DNA of 64,000 nucleotides, from IMG/VR virus record IMGVR_UViG_3300035208_007487. One strand, given 5' to 3'. Each line of letters opens with the position of its first letter. Position 1 is the stretch's first letter. Made by a program: the position numbers and the translations under genes. Under the pieces are notes generated by a model, which saw only the letters and a list, made by a program, of their open reading frames with translations, had not been told where the DNA came from and ran no database searches. This document shows positions 61,459 through 64,000 of this stretch, piece after piece. This stretch comes from a virus (lineage: Duplodnaviria > Caudoviricetes).

Positions 61459-61552
61459 AAATAATTCCAAAATTTAACCTTGCAAATCAGTTCAGTCTAT
61501 ACTAAATTTCAAGTATATACAAAAGGAATAATAGATATACTAATCCATTATT
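61459..61552. repeat. intergenic element copy 7
   Basis: Same core sequence. Confidence 0.9.
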
Positions 61553-61658
61553 ACATAAAAAGAAAGAGTATATATTACTGCATACTCAATCAATCACTCA
61601 ATTAAATGTTGTCGGAAATATATATAATAAGGAATTTATTATTTGCATAAATAGCAAT

Positions 61659-62438
61659 ATGTATAATAAATCAGTAATTAATTTAGCTAAAAAAATGAAA
61701 TTAAATGGAAGCTCAATTAGCGAAATAAGTAGAAAAATTTGTGCTAGTAGATCAGCCATTAAAGAATGGGTTACTCAATCAAAAAGATACACACCTAAAA
61801 ACATATTTTATAATATAACTACTTTTGAATCATTTACTAATAATATGGCAAAGTTTGAAGAATATAGAAAATCATATTATTACTTATTGGGCCAATATTT
61901 GGGAGATGGATGCATTAGCTTAATGAAAAATAAACGAACATACGAACTACGGATAATGTGTGCTGATTCACATCCTATGATAATTGAAGAAGTTAAGAAA
62001 TCCTTAAATATAGTATTTCCATATAATAAAATACAAGATGTGAAACGTCCAGGCTGTCGTTCAATTGGAATATATTGCAGTGCGTTACCTCAAATATTTC
62101 CTCACACTGGAAAGGGCAAAAAACATAATAGAATCATTAAATTAATAGATTGGCAACTTAATTATTTAGAATCAAATAAAATTTATTTACTAAAAGGACT
62201 ATTTCATTCAGATGGATCATATTATTATTCAAAAGCGACTAATAATTATCACTATAATTTTACCAATTGCTCATTAGATATTCATAATATTTTTCAAAAT
62301 TGTTTAGAGTCATTAAACATTAGATATACCTTTAATAAAAGAAAATGTAAAAAAATATTACCTAATGATATATATTTAACAATAATTTATCGCAAATCTG
62401 AAGTAGATAAATTATTTGAATTAATTGGGCCTAAATAA
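61659..62438 (+). CDS. free-standing LAGLIDADG homing endonuclease with N-terminal HTH
   Basis: YYLLGQYLGDG and LLKGLFHSDG; YNFTNCS.DI; HTH SISEISRKI. Confidence 0.8.
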   Translation: MYNKSVINLAKKMKLNGSSISEISRKICASRSAIKEWVTQSKRYTPKNIFYNITTFESFTNNMAKFEEYRKSYYYLLGQYLGDGCISLMKNKRTYELRIMCADSHPMIIEEVKKSLNIVFPYNKIQDVKRPGCRSIGIYCSALPQIFPHTGKGKKHNRIIKLIDWQLNYLESNKIYLLKGLFHSDGSYYYSKATNNYHYNFTNCSLDIHNIFQNCLESLNIRYTFNKRKCKKILPNDIYLTIIYRKSEVDKLFELIGPK

Positions 62439-62471
62439 AAAAACCTCCTAGAAATTAATCTAGGAGGATTT
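62437..62471. terminator. bidirectional terminator
   Basis: AAAAAACCTCCTAGA..TCTAGGAGGATTT. Confidence 0.7.
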
Positions 62472-62475
62472 ATAG

Positions 62476-62840
62476 TGCCCAAGGCGGGACTTGAACCCGC
62501 ACGGCCTTACGGCCAAAGCATTTTACTTACCACTATTACTTTCGTAACCAATCAATTAGATTGTTTGTGGTCTGGACTATCCCTTCATCATATTCAATTT
62601 CTTGAAGTTAGATGGGCGATTATAGTCTCTACACCTTCCTATTACTAGGCTTGGCACGGTATTGGGTCAATATTGCTATTAGGCCGTTCACCGTTAGCAG
62701 CTTATCTAGATAAACTACCCTCAAGGGACTCTTATGTCACTACTTGAGATTACGCCTTACTACATATTCGTTTCCAAATATGCGACCCAACCCTATTACT
62801 AGGGTTTAGTGCTCAGTGTCTACCATTCCACCACCAGGGC
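62476..62840 (-). tRNA. tRNA-Leu(UAA), intron-containing
   Basis: Exons 62808-62840 and 62476-62525 join to give GAGCA-CTTAAAA-TGCTT, long variable arm GGCCGTAAGGCC, T-loop TTCAAGT. Confidence 0.88.
62526..62807 (-). mobile_element. group I intron (282 nt, no ORF)
   Basis: 5' exon ends in U, intron ends in G; core CTAACGGTGAA / AATACCGTGCCAAG / GTAGAGACTA / GATAGTCC (P7). Confidence 0.88.
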
Positions 62841-62853
62841 ATGAGCTAAAAAA

Positions 62854-63219
62854 TGAAGCTAAAAAGAATTGCCTATTACCTTGTTTATATCTGCTTGATG
62901 CAGTATATTAGGTTCTGTTCATTGACTCGGATTAAGGTGAACCCGATGATTGTAAATGGCCTGAAAAACTAACAATGATCCGTTCAGTTTCATCTTCAGT
63001 TTGACGTGAGGGCTTTATTTACTATCATTTTATTACACTTGCGTTTTTGTAATTAGGCTACTGGACTAACTACAATCTATTTCAGTTTATGTGGATGACT
63101 GAAAAAAGATATTTTACCACAAGCCTATCATTCTTTTGATTTGATTTACCTCAAGGACTATGATTCACGAAGAGCGTAGCCATTAAGTGCTTCAAATGGT
63201 TATTGCTAACCTAGCTTCA
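62854..63219 (-). ncRNA. candidate structured ncRNA (~365 nt)
   Basis: No ORF in the track; ends pair (TGAAGCTA/TAGCTTCA); GCAA-tetraloop hairpin; lies between two tRNA-type genes. Confidence 0.4.
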
Positions 63220-63245
63220 ACTATTCCAAAGATTTCAAAGAACAA

Positions 63246-63333
63246 TGGGGGATGATGGATTCGAACCACCGATATCAAGCAGTTCACTTGGTAGCTCACT
63301 GCTAGGTGCCTTAAGCCTCTGGGCTAATCCCCC
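63246..63333 (-). tRNA. tRNA-like RNA with aberrant anticodon arm
   Basis: Perfect GGGGGAT/ATCCCCC acceptor stem, D arm, GGTGG-TTCGAAT-CCATC T arm; anticodon arm non-canonical. Confidence 0.65.
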
Positions 63334-63363
63334 AATCTCATGTATTCAATATAATAATTTGGG

Positions 63364-63513
63364 CTACTGTTGGCAACTTTTGGGAGAAGATTTCTTAAAA
63401 TTCTGCAAGCTCTCAAACACACTGAACAAGCTAGCATCCTTGTTGCTCTGGCTTGCCTTTAGCTCGCTCATATTCACAACCGCTTCAAACAATAGATCAA
63501 CATCCTTCATCAT
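63364..63513 (-). CDS. small protein (49 aa)
   Basis: AGAAAGAG RBS; MMKDVDLLFEAV... Confidence 0.4.
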   Translation of the reverse strand: MMKDVDLLFEAVVNMSELKASQSNKDASLFSVFESLQNFKKSSPKSCQQ

Positions 63514-63574
63514 ATACTCTTTCTGATTGATTTATCTTGCTGCCTTACCATAAGGTGTAGCAAACATAGTAAAG

Positions 63575-63800
63575 AAAAAAGAGACTTGCAAGGGTTTATT
63601 CTTACAAGTCTCAATAGCACACTTCACATTTTTTAACTAGTGTACGGTAGTGTCTCACCTAGCTTACGCCCTAGCTTTTTGCATTTTGATATTTAAGGCA
63701 TATGCGGAGCAAAGTCACCTGTGCCCAAGGGGATTTAGCTAGTCTCTTCTCATGTTCGCGGCCTGAGTCAAGACTTGCATGGCTTCCTAGATCCACCTCA
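63575..63800 (-). ncRNA. candidate sRNA (~225 nt)
   Basis: Promoter 63804-63832 and terminator GAGACTTG..CAAGTCTC-T6; only a 13-codon ORF noticed. Confidence 0.4.
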
Positions 63801-63835
63801 ACCAATATAATAAATGAATTTAATTCTGGCAAGCC

Positions 63836-64000
63836 CTACATGTACAGTTCTTCAACCGTCTTTCTACTCTTGCATTTGGATAGTGACAATTCATGCCACC
63901 AAAGAGGAGTAGAATATCCATCCATTTTTACTAGACAATATTCTTTCTGGTGTACTCTAATGATCTGTCCAGTTGAACAAATCATGTGCTGTCTGTCACG
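63836..64000 (-). CDS. partial hypothetical protein (3' end)
   Basis: Open frame from window edge to TAG at 63836. Confidence 0.4.
   Translation of the reverse strand, partial: RDRQHMICSTGQIIRVHQKEYCLVKMDGYSTPLWWHELSLSKCKSRKTVEELYM

Larger units (their letters stand above)
48196..63832 (-). promoter_or_regulatory. array of ~19 leftward sigma70-type early promoters
   Basis: TTG(A/C)CA-N16/18-TA.... at 48196-48224, 49874-49903, 50761-50789, 52017-52045, 52233-52261, 53315-53343, 54564-54592, 54910-54938, 55566-55593, 55867-55896, 56323-56352, 57520-57547, 59052-59080, 59139-59168, 59569-59597, 60505-60533, 61332-61361, 63348-63376, 63804-63832. Confidence 0.8.

Noticed and set aside
48282-61552. 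95-bp element as CRISPR repeats or integron attC sites
   Set aside because: Spacing is 1-4 kb, no cas or integrase gene is in the window, no RYYYAAC/GTTRRRY ends were seen, and the cassettes carry their own promoters
62854-63333. tmRNA
   Set aside because: Acceptor stem has G3-C70 rather than G3-U70, closes within 88 nt, and no tag reading frame was recognised
63245-63526. 93-aa + strand ORF
   Set aside because: Antisense to the tRNA-like gene, its promoter and a small minus-strand ORF
1-64000. Stop-codon reassignment
   Set aside because: Conserved genes are full length in code 11, and TAA, TAG and TGA all terminate genes

Overview
AT-rich segment of a large T4-like (jumbo) myophage genome; the standard genetic code gives full-length ORFs. 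(1) 1-25.3 kb is a virion and packaging module: baseplate, tail muramidase, tape measure, three tube-fold paralogs, sheath, neck, tail terminator, an intein-containing large terminase and a second ATPase-only terminase copy. (2) 25-46.6 kb holds late and accessory genes: Hsp20, NUDIX, a solo tnpB, a sigma factor and many small ORFs. Seven of these proteins, in several unrelated families, share an N-terminal 'YNGxLYE' tag resembling a capsid-targeting/protease-cleavage signal. (3) 46.7-47.1 kb is an iteron-like non-coding block. (4) 47-64 kb is a leftward early region with about 19 sigma70-type promoters, seven copies of a ~95-bp double-dyad intergenic element, a UvrD helicase, two more sigma factors, tRNA-Lys, a group I intron-split tRNA-Leu beside a free-standing LAGLIDADG gene, a tRNA-like RNA with an aberrant anticodon arm and three candidate structured ncRNAs. 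Late genes are typically preceded by TAAATA-N6-start codon, suggesting leaderless mRNAs. All calls come from reading motifs by eye; no searches were run.
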